A DNA stretch of 64,000 nucleotides from Octopus sinensis (Eukaryota), in NCBI RefSeq assembly GCF_006345805.1, contig NC_043006.1, forward strand, positions 100,874,001-100,938,000, written 5' to 3'. The notes beneath the pieces were generated by a model. The model ran no database searches. It saw only the letters and a program-made list of their open reading frames with translations, and had not been told where the DNA came from. Numbering within the stretch: the first letter of the stretch is position 1; the number at the start of each line of letters is the position of its first letter. The position numbers and the translations under genes were made by a program. Positions 37,519 through 51,236 of the stretch are shown here, piece by piece.

Positions 37519-38449
37519 TACACAGAAAAGAAACACGGAGAGAAACAAGGAGAGAAAAAAATGCGTGCAGAAGCTAGCGATCCAACATGGCGATATGTAT
37601 GCATGTATACATATGTATGTATGTATGCATGCATGTATGTATGTATGTATGTATGTATGTATGTATGTATGTATGTATGTATGTATTAGCACAGGCGTGG
37701 CTGAGTGTGAAAATAGCTTGCTTTCCAGTTCATGTGGTCTTGTTCGATAAATACACGTAATACAAACAGCAGTACGGGATAAATAATAACGAGAATAGAC
37801 ACAAAATAATAAATGAAATTAATGAAAGAAAAGATTTTAACATCGCCTTTCAAACATCGCTCTCCGTCTCGCTCTCTTCCCCTCTCTCCCTCTCTTTCTT
37901 TCTTTCTCTTTCTCCTTGTTAAACGAATGAGACAGACATGAAAATAAGACAGAATTTGTTACATGATAAATAACATAAAAGATTTCTAAAATGTGAGAAT
38001 GATTAATTATATTTTAAAAGTAAAATTAAGAACTTAAATAATAAAACAATTATAAATAAACAATTTTAAAATCACTCCGTTTCTCACTTGAGTTTGGCAA
38101 AGTGAAAGCCAGCAGGGTGGCGAAGTAAGTCATCTCTGAGCTATCTTCTGCAGGAGTATCATTAGAATCTCCAGTTTTTGCCAGAAGCATTTTAAATACA
38201 CACAGGTGGTTACATCAAGATATGCTCTGCAAGTCTTCAGCTCATGACAATTATTCAATTGAAATGAATAAAACGTTCTTGAGCATTCACAGTGGTTTTC
38301 CACGACCTAATCTTCTGTTCAGTTCAAAAGTATTGCAAGATTATGTCATAAAGCTACCTAACCCTTGACTTAAGATCCTCTAAGAAAGTATGATATATTT
38401 TCACCCTGTATTAAACTAACGACACAAACAAACAAAACTTTCTTCAGTT

Positions 38450-39845
38450 ATTCTACTGATTGAGGCTTTTTTTTTAATTCTCCTTCTCAGAATCCAGACC
38501 TTGCTGCAAGGATTCCATCTCTTCCAGATGAACCTCCTTCATCGATATAATAGACCTTTTCTCATCTCACTGAAATCATTCATGCCTCTTTCTTTCACCT
38601 CCAGTCCAAATACATTGGCCAAATACATAATTTCTTTTATTACAGGCTCTATCTCAAATATCCCGAAGTTTCTTGAAGACTACAGAAGTCTCCAAGAAGA
38701 ATTCAAGTCCTTAGAAGAAAATTTCCCCATGTTTTCACTATTAACGGATTCACAGTATCTGCAATTGTGGTGTAGTATTTTTCTGAAGCTCTTTTAATAT
38801 CAAAACAGATTCTGAATAGATATTTTTTTTAGAAAGCTTTTTAAAATTTGGTAATATTTGCTGATTCTTCAGCTGTAGCAGTGGGATAATTTTGGAAGGA
38901 AAGAGATTTTGATAAAGGCATACGTCTTTGTTATTTTGTCCTTGAGTTTAGAAAGCCTGATAGAATATTATTCATAATGAAAGGTCTGGAAGATCCTTTT
39001 GCGTGAGGAATATCAAGTACAGGAGGAGAGGAGCAAATACCTCGGTGAACCACTTTCCCTTACGATAGATCACGAGCAGTAGCCGGGAGAAAACACATAA
39101 GAAAACTCACAAGCTTTTGAGTCGAGAGCGTATTCGACATCGAACGAGTTCTTGTGATTCTTTGAAGGTCATGTGATACCAAGAATGTAACAACGATAGT
39201 GATTTTATCTGCAAATCCTTTGAGACTTGGCGCAAAGAAGAGACGTTATCCTATCCTTCATCGGTTTATGCTCAGGCAATATTTTCTCCTCCTCTGTAGG
39301 ACCTTCTAGACATATTTATCAGTTTCATCGTAATTGAAAACCTGCAGAACACAGAAATTATCTTTCTTCACCATCTCGTAAAATATTTTTCCACAGTGAC
39401 GTTTTCTCAGTTGATAGCTTTGCCGTACTCTACAAAACTCTGAATGATCCAACATTTCTTTAAATATTAAACCCACCCCTTACTAGATTTAATTGTTACT
39501 GGTCTTGAACCATTAACAGCAATGATATCAGAAGCATCACGCTCACGATGTACGTAACGAGACTCGGCATTTTTTAAAAGGAAACCCTCACCCAATAAGT
39601 CACTGTCTAATTGTTTTACCATGAGATTTTTCATCTCATATGTATGTGAGGCACGTCTATTATAAAACCAACTTATATCTTTGCTGATCGATACTTCTTA
39701 GGTTCGTCTTTTCTGTTCAAAATGGCACATTTCGTAGATTTGTTCACTACGAATACTTCAGCTGATACTTCTTGCAATTTTAGACATATTCTCTTTCTTT
39801 GTTTCTGCAGTAATTTTCTTTTGTACACGCTTTGTTTTCGACATG
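38450..39845 (-). pseudogene. Tigger/pogo (CENP-B-like) transposase pseudogene
   Basis: MSKTKRVQKKIT start; KSSKGWFN (~FKASKGWF), QVFNYDET (~QVFNCDETG), LPSKIIPLLQLKNQQILPNFKKL (~LPPNTT.LLQPMDQ.II.NFKK); many stops; TIRs not located. Confidence 0.85.
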
Positions 39846-40070
39846 GTGAATACTTTAATAAACTAAACAGATATCAGAACACTAATTTTATATTTTAAAA
39901 AAATATAATTTTCTTTACAACTACTTTATCGTACCACTACTGCATAAATCTCTCTGAGATATTTATAAATGTATTATTTCTATTTTTGTCATCAGTGAAT
40001 TAATTCCACTAGAATTCTTATAAGTTTACAAGAGCTAGATATGCATCTCCAACTTGCAGGCCATGCTACT

Positions 40071-40111
40071 CCAGACTGATGACGAACGAAGACTCAGAAA
40101 CTAGTCTCTGG
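40071..40111 (+). ncRNA. Type I hammerhead ribozyme
   Basis: CCAGA-CTGATGA-CGAACGAAGACTCA-GAAA-CTAG-TC-TCTGG: perfect stem I, palindromic ACTAGT, GUC site, decayed stem II. Confidence 0.75.
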
Positions 40112-40591
40112 CGCAGGCTTAGCTGGGTGGAGGTGCTTATCTCCCCTTGTAAACACAAGGACAAGGAAATGTGTCAAGGCCGACAGGAAGCGTTACTGCT
40201 TCCTAGGGCTAAATAGCAGTAGTATGATTCCCTTTATGGGACTGTCACATTAAGTTGACAGTATACAACTGCTTTATCGTACCAATACTGCATAAATCGC
40301 TCTGAGATATTTAGAAATGTATTATTTCTATAATTTTCTTTGAAATAATTCAATTAATTCTACTTTAAATATCATAACAAATCTAAAATATACTGCAATT
40401 TCAGAGGAGCATTTGCAGTAGACTCAAGATTATTTGACTTTGTATGTACAGAAACTATAAATTTCCTTTAGCGATTGTCAAGGTGGGATCTTTAGTTACA
40501 TTCATTTTCATTCTTCCTTTTTGTATGGAAATCGTTCGTTGGTCTAATATGATATGCTGCCTATGTAATTCAAAAAACATTCATTATTATG

Positions 40592-40624
<33 letters not shown>

Positions 40625-40749
40625 CCATTTCCGCTCTACTGGTCATTCATTACAACACCTGTCTGTTTTTGGATTGTCTTTGCACAGGGGCCATCCGGAC
40701 TCCCGCCTTTGCCGTGAACAAGAATTAATCTTCTCTCTTCGCTCCTTTG

Positions 40750-41150
40750 CGCCACATGGGTTCAATTACCCTCCCCTCTTCATCTGACTCCCCTCCTCTC
40801 CTTTCTTCATCTCACACCCACTTCCTCTCTTCACTCCTACCCACTTTCTACCTTCATCGTTACCCCGTCCATCCCCACTCCACCATACACATCCCAACCC
40901 CACCACCCCGCCCCACTTTCACATACCCCACTCTACCCCCACATCCTCAGCTCAAACCCACACCCCACACTCACATCTCCACACCCCCAACACCGCCACA
41001 CCACACCACGCACCACCACACCACACATCACCACCCCGCACACACTAGCACTGACCATCTCCCAGCACCCACACATATCCACACGTCAAAGTCACCAGCC
41101 CCTATCCACACGCACACACTTACGCACTCTTACATACACACGCACGCGTG
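40750..41150. repeat. C/A-rich low-complexity tract
   Basis: Degenerate (CAC/CCA)n; source of the spurious H/P/T-rich ORF. Confidence 0.8.
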
Positions 41151-41164
41151 CCTTCGTTTTTGAA

Positions 41165-43760
41165 TTCGCAGATGTATTTCTGTGTCCAGGTTTTCATCAT
41201 TTTCTACAGAGATTCCAAAGTAGATGAAAGAGTCAACAACTTCAAGTAACTTTCCCTTATCGAAAATTTTAGGGAGGTTGCAAACAGCACCACGTGCAAG
41301 TTGATACATTACAACTGTTTTATTTTTCCAAGTTGATGGTCAAGCCAAAATCATAACAAGCTGAGTCAAATGCAGATACAAAAGGTCGCAGGCCCGTTCC
41401 AGAGTGACTAACTAGATCACAATCGTCAGCGTATAAGAGTTCCCTAATGAGTGAAGTAAAATCCTTTGATTTGAATTTCATTCTGGTCAGATTAAAAACA
41501 TTCCTTGTAGTTAGTCATTTTATGTAAATACCCTGCTCAGAGTTTTGAAAAGTGTGTGACAGCATAACAGCAGAGTATGTTGCAAAGAGGATGAGTGCAT
41601 CAAGGTCTCCTTGCTTTACGCCATTTTCTACGGCAATAGATTCAGAGAGTCTACCACCAAAATTAACTCTAGCCTTCATATCTTAATACGAAGCCCTCAT
41701 CATGTTTGTAATTTTTCCTAGGCAACCCATTTTCCTTAGAATTAGCCACAGGGCATTTCGATTAAAAGTCTCGAATGCCTTGTTTAAATCAACAAAACAA
41801 TGGCATAGGGCAAGATTCTGTTCAATGCACTTTTCCTGAAGTTCTCTGATAGTAAAGATACAACCAACCGTACCCCTAGAGAAGCGAAAACCACATTGAG
41901 ACTCAGACACTATATATTTGGAACTATGGAGGTATTTAAACGTCCTAACAGAATGCGGGCAAGTAGCTTTCCAACTACAGACAAAAACGAAATCCCTCGA
42001 AAATTACCACAGATCCTTTGGCCCCGATTTATACAAGGAGATTAAAATAGCACCAATCCAGTCTTGAGGCACTTCCTCAGTTCTTCAAAAGTGACAAATC
42101 ATTATATTTAAGATTTCAATCATTTTGTCATCACTATATTTTAAGACCTCTGCACAGATTCCATCAGAACCTGGAGACTTATTTTTATTCAGCTTGTTCA
42201 CATTTAAATAAATGTCATTTAGAGTTGATTCAAATGCCATCTCCACTATAACTTAAAAGTGTTCGATTTTTTTTTATCATCCTCATGTCAACGGATGATG
42301 GTATATTCAGAAGTACAGAAACATGTTCTATTCAACGTTTATGAATAGAAGCGGTATCAGTCAAAAGCAAATGTTCTCACTAGAGCTATTGAAGAAGATT
42401 TGGGGCTTTATACCTCCTTAATATAGGAGTATAAACCCTTGGCATCATTTCTATCAGCTGCTTCTTGCGCCTTTTTTGCTCTGTCATTCCACCATTCCTG
42501 TTTGATTTTCCTTACAGCAGTCTACAATTTCCCTTTCAGCTTCCTGTAAGCTTCGTTTGTGTTGGAGTTCAATGACTGAGAAAGAAGGGTATTATCTAAG
42601 TTTTGTTTTTCTAAATGTAGATCATGAATTTCTGGTGATTTGTCTGAAAACCAGTCGTTGGCCTTATGCGATTTAAATCTCACTGAAGAACTTGCAACCT
42701 GAAATACTTTTGTTTTGAAATCTTCCCACAGATTGTTTGGATCGAGATTGATACTCTCTATAGCATCGTGGAATCTTTGCACGATGCTTGGTAATTTGAA
42801 GTTTGCATCATTTAACTTTTGGGGTACCTTAGGAATAGACTGTCGACTTTTAGGCATTATCGAAAAATTCATTTTTCCACGCACTGGACAACGGTTAGTC
42901 CAGATTTCTGCTCCTCTCATGGCCCGAATGCTAGAAACGTCTTTCATATTACGTTTTCTGATCAGAATATAATCTATGAGATACCAGTGCTTAGATCTTG
43001 GGTGCATCCAGGTAGTTTTGTATTTATTTTTCTGCTTAAACAGAATGTTGGTGACAACCAGATTATTCTTAGTACAAAACGCCAAAAGAGCTACTCCATT
43101 TTTAGTACATTTTCCAATCCCAAATCGGCCTAAAACAGGTCATGAAACGTAGTCACTTCCAACTCTTGCGTTGAAATCTCCCAATATGACTAGCTTGTCA
43201 GAAACTGGTACTTCTTGAATAATTGTGCTAGATTATCATAAAACGGTCCTACAGTTTCATCAGAATGAGACATTGTTGGTACTTAAATACTGACAACGGT
43301 AAGAAACCTAAGTTTTGTCAGTTTTATACGGCATGATATGGTTCGTTCAGATATAGCACTTGGAAATTCTGCAATGGAGGATACTAATGTATTCTTGAGA
43401 GCAAACACAATACCAGATTCTCTACGCTGGCCCTCATGTAGGCCTCCCCAGAAGATAGTTTATCCATAAGTAGGTTCATTTATTTGACCCTCACCAGAGA
43501 GCTGAGTTTCAACGAGTACAACTATATCAAGGGAGTATTTTTTAAGCTCACATGCAATAAGTTCAGTATGCTTTTCTGGCCTCTAGTAGAAATTATCATC
43601 AAGAAGTGTGCACACATTCCAACAGCCAAAATTCAAAGGAGGTTTTTTTTTTTTAACTTCTTGAAGATTGTTTGACCGCAGTGGCAGAATGACGACCGAG
43701 GCCAGCCTGTGACACACTGGGACACCTTCCGAGCCAGATGTGTTTCCTTGACGTTCCCAA
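41165..43760 (-). mobile_element. Degenerate RTE (BovB-like) LINE: AP endonuclease plus reverse transcriptase pseudogene
   Basis: LNFGCWNVCTLLD (APE start), KTTWMHPRSKHWYLIDYI...RAMRGA, ESQCGFR...LQEKCIEQN...FVDLNKAF, LLYADD near 41430; frameshifts; 3' end missing. Confidence 0.93.
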
Positions 43761-43886
43761 GACTTTTTACCATTTATTGAACCTGTTTGAGACACTTGAG
43801 AGTAAATTGCAAGTGCATTTTTAGGTTTCTGTCAACCATTTCAATGATTTTACTAAGATTTGGTTTACAAGAAGTCCCTTTGCAAA

Positions 43887-44018
43887 GGCAGCGAGCTGGC
43901 AGAAACGTTAGCACGTCGGGCGAAATGCTTGGCGGTCCTTCGTCTGCCGTTACGTTCTGTGTTCACATTCCACTGAGGTCGACTTTGCCGTTCATTCTTT
44001 CGGAGTCGATAAATTAAG
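43887..44018 (+). mobile_element. Family A SINE, 5' part
   Basis: Head and core match. Confidence 0.85.
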
Positions 44019-44633
44019 TTTCCTGTCATAATTTTGTTATTGTCGTTGCTGATGCTGTTGGTATCAGTGTTATCATTTTACCCACAAGTCAGCCTTTATT
44101 GAGCTGACGACGCATAAGGCAAAATGGATAGTGGAGTGCAAAATGAGTAATTTCTGAACTTCTTTTTATTTTTGTGCATGTTTGAAATTATTATATTGCA
44201 TTATTGCATCATTTAAGTACGATTTCTTGCTGTTTGCATGTCACCGAGAGTCTCACTCATGTAATGGTAGTAAAGAAGGAGATTTATCAGCCCTGCCCAT
44301 AATGCCTATTTTGAAGGCCTGAGCAATTAACTACCTTACAATGGCAAAGAACATCTACTTATCAATGCGAAGAAATCGGATGTCGTGGTCTTCATGCTTT
44401 TTATTGAACCACAATACTGTAGGTTGTGTGAATTGACTGCGAGTAGGCGTCGGAACTATGTCGAAGTTTCGGTTTAGATATATAGGAGCTTACTTATATC
44501 ACTAGACCGAATTCCAAAATTTGTTCTCTTCTTTAATTGATATCCGTATTATAAATGGAAACCTAATCCACCATTGCAATCACAACAACAGCACTAACCA
44601 CACTTACTGCTCCAACTATTCTTTATCCTCACG

Positions 44634-44665
<32 letters not shown>

Positions 44666-44676
44666 TATGTATGTAC

Positions 44677-44755
<79 letters not shown>

Positions 44756-45489
44756 GTAATACATATATATATATATATATATATACATATATATATACAT
44801 ACACACGCACACATACACACACCATAAGCACAAGTGCAAGCATGTACGAATCAATTCATGTGTGCACATCATACATGTATGGAAGTAATTTTAACTCAAG
44901 ATATTTATTACTGCTTCTTCAAAGTAACTTATTGCGATTCTATTTCGTTTCTCTCTTTCTATATCTTTCTTTCTTTCTTTCATGTTCCCCTTGGGGGGTG
45001 GCGAGCGTTCTAGCTGATGAGATCCTCTGCTTATCTTATTTATGCATTTATTATAAATGTAATATATCTATCATTATACCTTAAAGGGTAGAATTTCAAT
45101 CAATTCTGTTTCATTCTTAGAACTTCTCTATATTTGACTTTAGTACAGCTCCTTGCAACATACTGGCTGTGTGTTTGTGTGTTTGGGCACAAGTGTGTGT
45201 GTGTATATGTGTGTGAGAATGAGTGTACCGGTGAGCCTCAATATATTTTCACACCTCTTTTCTTCAGAGTTTGGAACCGAGCAACTGAGGTAATATCTTC
45301 GTAATTGCCTAATCTACTAGAAATAACAGTCAAATCACAATCTACCCTCCGTTAAATGGAAGTTCAATAATATGTTTCTGTATTTACACTATGTAGAAAA
45401 AAACATAATGAAAAACGACTGGACTGCCTTTGATCAAATGTCTATTAAAGTGGCGGGTGAGGGGCATTAAGTCAAAAGCATAAAATGAG

Positions 45490-46230
45490 AGTTGAACATA
45501 GAGCTTGAGATGAAGATGAAGCCTGATCTGAACATGAAGCGTGGGGTGAACATAGAAGATATGATGAACATGGAGAGTGGTATAAACATGGTGTGGGAGA
45601 TGAACGTAGAGCCTGATGTTCGCATGGAGTGGTGGGGATTGTGGAAGCACTCCGTCGGTTACGACGACGAGGGTTCCGATTGATCCGAAACAACGGAACA
45701 GCCTGCTCGTGAAATTAACGTGTAAGTGGCTGAGCACTCCACAGACACGTGTACCCTTAACGTAGTTCTCGGGGATATTCAGCGTGACACAGAGAGTGAC
45801 AAGGCCGGCCCTTTGAAATACAAGTACAACAGAAACAGGAAGTAAGAGTGAGAGAAAGTTGTGGTGAAAGAGTACAGCAGGGATCACCACCATCCCCTGC
45901 TGGAGCCTCGTGGAGCTTTTAGGTGTTTTCGCTCAATAAACACTCGGTGGGGATTAACGTGGAATGGAAGATGCATATACAGTGTGGGATCTGAACACAG
46001 AAAGTGAGGTGAACATGGAGTATGGAATAAACAGGGAGTGTTGGATGAACATGCAGCGGGAAATGAACCTAAGCGTGATCTGAACATGGAGGATGAAATG
46101 AGCATGAAGTGTAAGATCAACATGGAGTAGAAGATGAACGCAGACTGGGAGATGAATATGGAGTGATCTGAACGTTGAGAGTGGGGTGAACATGGAGGAT
46201 GAAATGAAAATTGGGGGTGAGATGGACATT
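45490..46230. repeat. Degenerate 18-bp minisatellite (TGAACATGGAG.......) split by a SINE
   Basis: TGAACAT/TGAACGT recurs about every 18 bp on both sides of the SINE. Confidence 0.85.
45641..45945 (-). mobile_element. 5'-truncated family C SINE with 10-bp TSD
   Basis: TSD GGTGGGGATT at 45631-45640 and 45946-45955; tRNA head absent. Confidence 0.92.
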
Positions 46231-47479
46231 AGATGTAAACCACGTTATGTTTAATTTACGGCTACTTTGCAGAGCGGACGAGTTCAAAGATTTAAGAGTT
46301 TATGTAAATATTTCAACTTATCTCTTCAAAGGGCAACAAAATACTTAGCCATTATTATCAGATAGATAAATAAATATATGTTTCTATAGCTTTCTTGAAC
46401 TACAGATGAACACAATAATTCAGGAGAAATTATTATGTTTGCTGCTGATTCAAGATAGAAAATCGAATTCAGATGAAGAGAAAAAGAATTATTTTCAATT
46501 ATTTTATTTTCTCCTTTATTTCACAGATGAATGATATGAGCTAATTGCAAATGTAGAATAACACAATAATAAAGACGATCATCAATAGCTTTACTTGTGG
46601 TCATTTACGATCAAATCAGTCCACAGATTGTGTTGTTCTAGCCAGAGATAAGTATAACTATCTTTAATTACAGTACAGTACTCAGTATTCTTCCCTGTTG
46701 ACTAGAAGTCTCCTTTGTCATAGTTTGTAGGCTAAGATGCGGAAATTGAAAATGGTTGATTACATAAAGAAGTATGAGCTATGAATTCAAATGAACTAAG
46801 AGTATTTCTAGGCAAGGTACACCCGCTTTGTTTCTAGCTTCCAATTTTGGTACAAATCCAGCCATTTCGGGGTAGGGACTAAGTCGATTAGATCGATCCC
46901 AGTGCTCGACTGGTAATTATAATATTGACCCCCAAAAGTATGAAAGTCAAAGTTGAACTTGACAGCATTTGAACTCAGGACGTAAAGACGGGTGGAATGT
47001 CGCTAGGCATTTTGCCGGGTGTGTACTAACGATTCTACCAGTTGACTATCTTTTATTTTTTTAAAGCGAATATTATCAATCATACCTAAGATTGGTAGAA
47101 CCAGCCATCACTCGCGAGCAAGTATGGTTTGGTAACATGTATCATGCTTTCGTTTCGCTAATTGTTTTAGATGCTTATGTAGTTATGAGCAGACACAAAC
47201 ATCTTCTCGGACCATAGATTCTTGACCCAGTAGAATATCTGCTATGTAACAGCTAAAAGAAAAGAAGGCTCTACCAGCAACAGAAAAATACTCATTATAG
47301 ATGATCAGACTGGAATGACATGCGCCATAGTTTCTTGCTCAAGTATTCTACTCACCGTCGAGTCGTGATATTGAACTCACAATCTTATAATCCTGAGCTG
47401 AACACCCTAACAATTAGATCATGTTTCTTTAGTAAGATTAATATCGACAGTTTAAGTTACAGTTGAGCCTCTTTATATA

Positions 47480-47690
47480 ATCCTTTCTACTAAAGGCTCA
47501 AAACCTGAAGTTTGAGGGGAGAGAACCGGTCGATTACATCGACCCCAGTGTTTCACTGGTACTTAATTTATCGACCCCGAAAGGATGAAAGACAAAGTCG
47601 ACCTCGGCGGTATTTCAACTCAAAACGTAAAGACGGATGAAATGCCACTAAGCATTTTGTCTGGAGTGCTAACGATTCTGCCAGCTCGAC
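47480..47690 (-). mobile_element. Family A SINE
   Basis: Reverse complement of head and core. Confidence 0.85.
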
Positions 47691-48608
47691 ACCAGATTAT
47701 GATAATAAATGGCTTCCGTTGACTTTGTTCAGCCTAAAGGAGTGCTTTAATCCAGGAAATCGTATGGATTTCGGTCGTTACTATCCCGTATTTTTGCAAA
47801 ACACACGTAATCCAAGACAATATTATTCAATGAGTCTTTTTATAAGATGGCGAGATGTAATTTGAGGAGGATTTGGTGATATGTGAGCTGTGAAACATAT
47901 GGATGTATTTTACAAGTCGAGCGACCACGTAGCGATTACAGTAAAGTTGTATGAATTTTCCATCAAACTGTATTTCCAAAGGTTCTAGAAACTTTGCTCA
48001 AGGTTGTAAAAAGTTGGAAGGTTGAACCCCAAAAGAAAATCACCTCAGGCACTGCTCGAGACTCTATCTCTGAATTCCATCAGAACCGCTTTTTCTCACT
48101 TTCTTCTACTTGTTTTGCTCAATATGCTTTGTACGTTATATCAATCTTGGATTGCCTCGCAGGCTTATACATACAAATATCTTTCTTTATAACCTCTGGC
48201 TTTATTCTGTCTATAATCTTTGCACAATTATCACATAACATTATTAACTAGAACATTATTTTTGATTTGTGCATAGCATAAAACTCTAAATATTGCAGAC
48301 ACGAGAAGACATATGTTTTTTTCATACAATTAATTCAATGTACATATGTAAATACTACTGTTGAAATAATTAATATATGGAAATCCGAAACATTAATTGT
48401 TGGGTAATTCAATAATGTTCTTCGCGTAACTAGTGAACAGATTAAGACGAACAGTCTTAATGAATATTGGTACTCAAAAATATTGTTTAAAACCTAGTGC
48501 ACAGCTTGTTTCTGTTTGGTTGGTCGTGGTATTTAGGCAGCAGTGAGAGGCAGATGTAAAAGTCTGCCCTCTAAAACATGAATTACCCAATAGTAAATGT
48601 TTTATATA

Positions 48609-48825
48609 CTCTTTTACTCTTTTACTTGTTTCAGTCATTTGACTGTGGCCATGCTGGAGCACCGCCTTTAGTCGAGCAAATCGACCCCAGAACGTAGTCT
48701 TTGTAAGCCTAGTACTTATTCTATCGGTCTCTTTTGTCGAACCGCTAAGTTACGAAGACGTAAACACACCAGCATCGGTTGTCGTGCGATGTTGAAGGGG
48801 GACAAACACAGACACACAAACATAT

Positions 48826-48858
<33 letters not shown>

Positions 48859-49027
48859 CATATATACGACGGGCTTCTTTCAGTTTCCGTCTCCCAAATC
48901 CACCCACAAGGCATTGGTCGGTCCGAGGCTATAGTAGAAGACGCTAACCCAAGGTGCCATGCAGTGGGACTGAACCCGGAACCATGTGATTGGTAAGCAA
49001 GCTACATACCACACAGCCACTCCTACG
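48609..49027 (-). mobile_element. Family B SINE, full length
   Basis: Reverse complement of 12308-12710. Confidence 0.9.
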
Positions 49028-50136
49028 CCCATATATTTATGTCCATATATTTATTATTTCAAGCAATCATATTTATATATTTACAATGTATTGATTGTAT
49101 TCAAAAGCATGCGTGTTATCATGCATGTGATATTTAAAAGTTTACACAGCATAAAATAGCAATAGTGCTCTGTTATGTGATAATCGTGCATAGATATTAT
49201 AAACTGAAAAAAGCAAGCAATTATATGGAAAGATATTTAAATGTATATAGATAGGTATGTCGGCAAGATAATCCATAGTTGATTCTCTTTCGACGAACGC
49301 AATATATAAAGTGTGTTGTGCAAAACAAGGAGAAGAACGTATGGAATTGAGTGACAGAGTTTCGAGATGTGATTCCGTTTTGGGGTTCAGTACTCTAACT
49401 TTTTATAAACTAAAGCAAAACTTCTAGAACCTTCGGAAATACAATTTGACAAAGTAATGCCATTTTACTGGGTTCTTACTATTTACATGCTATGCAATAC
49501 ATAGGTGTCCATGTTTTTTGTTGCTTTTGGTGGCGATATAGTTAAGTTTACGGAACTGGTCATACTTTTTAAAGAAATATAATTAGGCCGTTGTTCTAAA
49601 CTGGAAATTAAAGCTAGATACTACGATTTAAGAGGAAAGTCTCACTACACATCCAATGATGTGATCTTACATATAATGTATACAGTCTCACATCACGCCA
49701 TTACTTCATTGTGTATTTCCCCACCATCTACGCAACTTCAATTCACATCATTACCACGTCTCTTGGGATATTCTTTCTCTTTTGATCCCGCACAAGTTAA
49801 ATACCGGTTTCGACTCTAATTTTAACCAATCGATGATTGGCATTGATGTGCATCCGTGCGTTTTACCAGTCGTCTGCCTGCTTTAAAATAAGCTACTAAT
49901 TTTCGTATTAATTTTCAAGTTCAGTGAAAGATTTGGCTTTGTTTAATTAATCCACGCAATAAGATATCTTGGGTCTTCATATACAATCTGACGTACACAC
50001 ATAATGTAATTACACATACCCATACGCAATGTCACATATATATTATCGTTATAACGTTCTCTCTACACACACAGCTTGTAATTAAAAAGAACGCCTTCAC
50101 GCAGACACATAACCGTGTATACACACACAGACACAT

Positions 50137-50170
<34 letters not shown>

Positions 50171-51236
50171 ACATACACGTATACACACGGTTATGTTAAA
50201 TTATTGTTTGACAGTGCAGACAGAGCTCTGACACAATTCTAACCGTTTGCATTCATATTTACTGTTTCATATTCCGAAGATGAATCGTATTTAACTTAAC
50301 ATTATTTCCTCCTTTCTTTCTCATTACTGTTGTATTTTTGCGCCGCGGTCGATTTTGCTTTTCATCCTATCGGGGTCGATAAATCAAGTACCAGTTACGT
50401 ACTGGGATCGATCTAATCGATTTGTTCCCTTCCCTAAAATTTCGGGCCTTGTGCTTTGAGTAGAAAAGATTACTGTTGTATTTTTTGCCTTTTATCATGT
50501 GCCATGTATCGAACTGTGCTTTGCTGAACATTTTAACCACACGTACACTGATATATATAACCTACCTTTAAATAACTTTGCTCGTAATTCTCTCTTTCAT
50601 CCACAGAGGTTGTCTTACTTTTGAAAGAATAAACTGATCATTTTCATCTACATCGGAAACTTCTTGGCTGTCTCTTTATTGTTGTTGATTATCTGGCATA
50701 TCTCTAACCAATTATATCTCTCTGCTAGTCACTCATGAATTTTTTCGTCAGCTGTTTACAACGTACCTATTTACAGCAAGATGGACAGGAATGTTTGAGT
50801 GTAAAGCGATTTAATCAAGACCCCGAAATGTTGGTACCCAAGACTATAAACTCAGCCAGTTGCTTGCTATGTGTTTTATAGCAGCAAATGACAAACATAC
50901 CTGCGATGGCTGCAGAGTTAATGTCCATCTACTTAATGTTTGGCTAAATGGGGATATTCGCTGCCAGACAGATCCTTTTGAATATCAAAATGAAATATTT
51001 TGGACTCTCAGTTACACTGACTCCTATTATAGCATGGATCAGTCATAGGATTGGTTGAAGATAAGAGGACAACTGACCAGGCTAAAACTGAAACACGATG
51101 ATTTGGATCAAAGCTGATCACTAATTTACAATCACTTTGAGACTGAAATAAATTAAGCAGTCCACAAACCATGAAACGATTCGTTGCGAGTCTCCTTATA
51201 TATTTTTCGTCGATTAAATGCATAGGAGCGTGTTTA

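Noticed and set aside
40160-40220. HDV-like ribozyme (hairpin followed by GGCTAA)
   Set aside because: Could not find P1 or P3/L3
45490-46230. CRISPR-like array
   Set aside because: Units are contiguous and degenerate with no unique spacers, no cas genes, eukaryotic context
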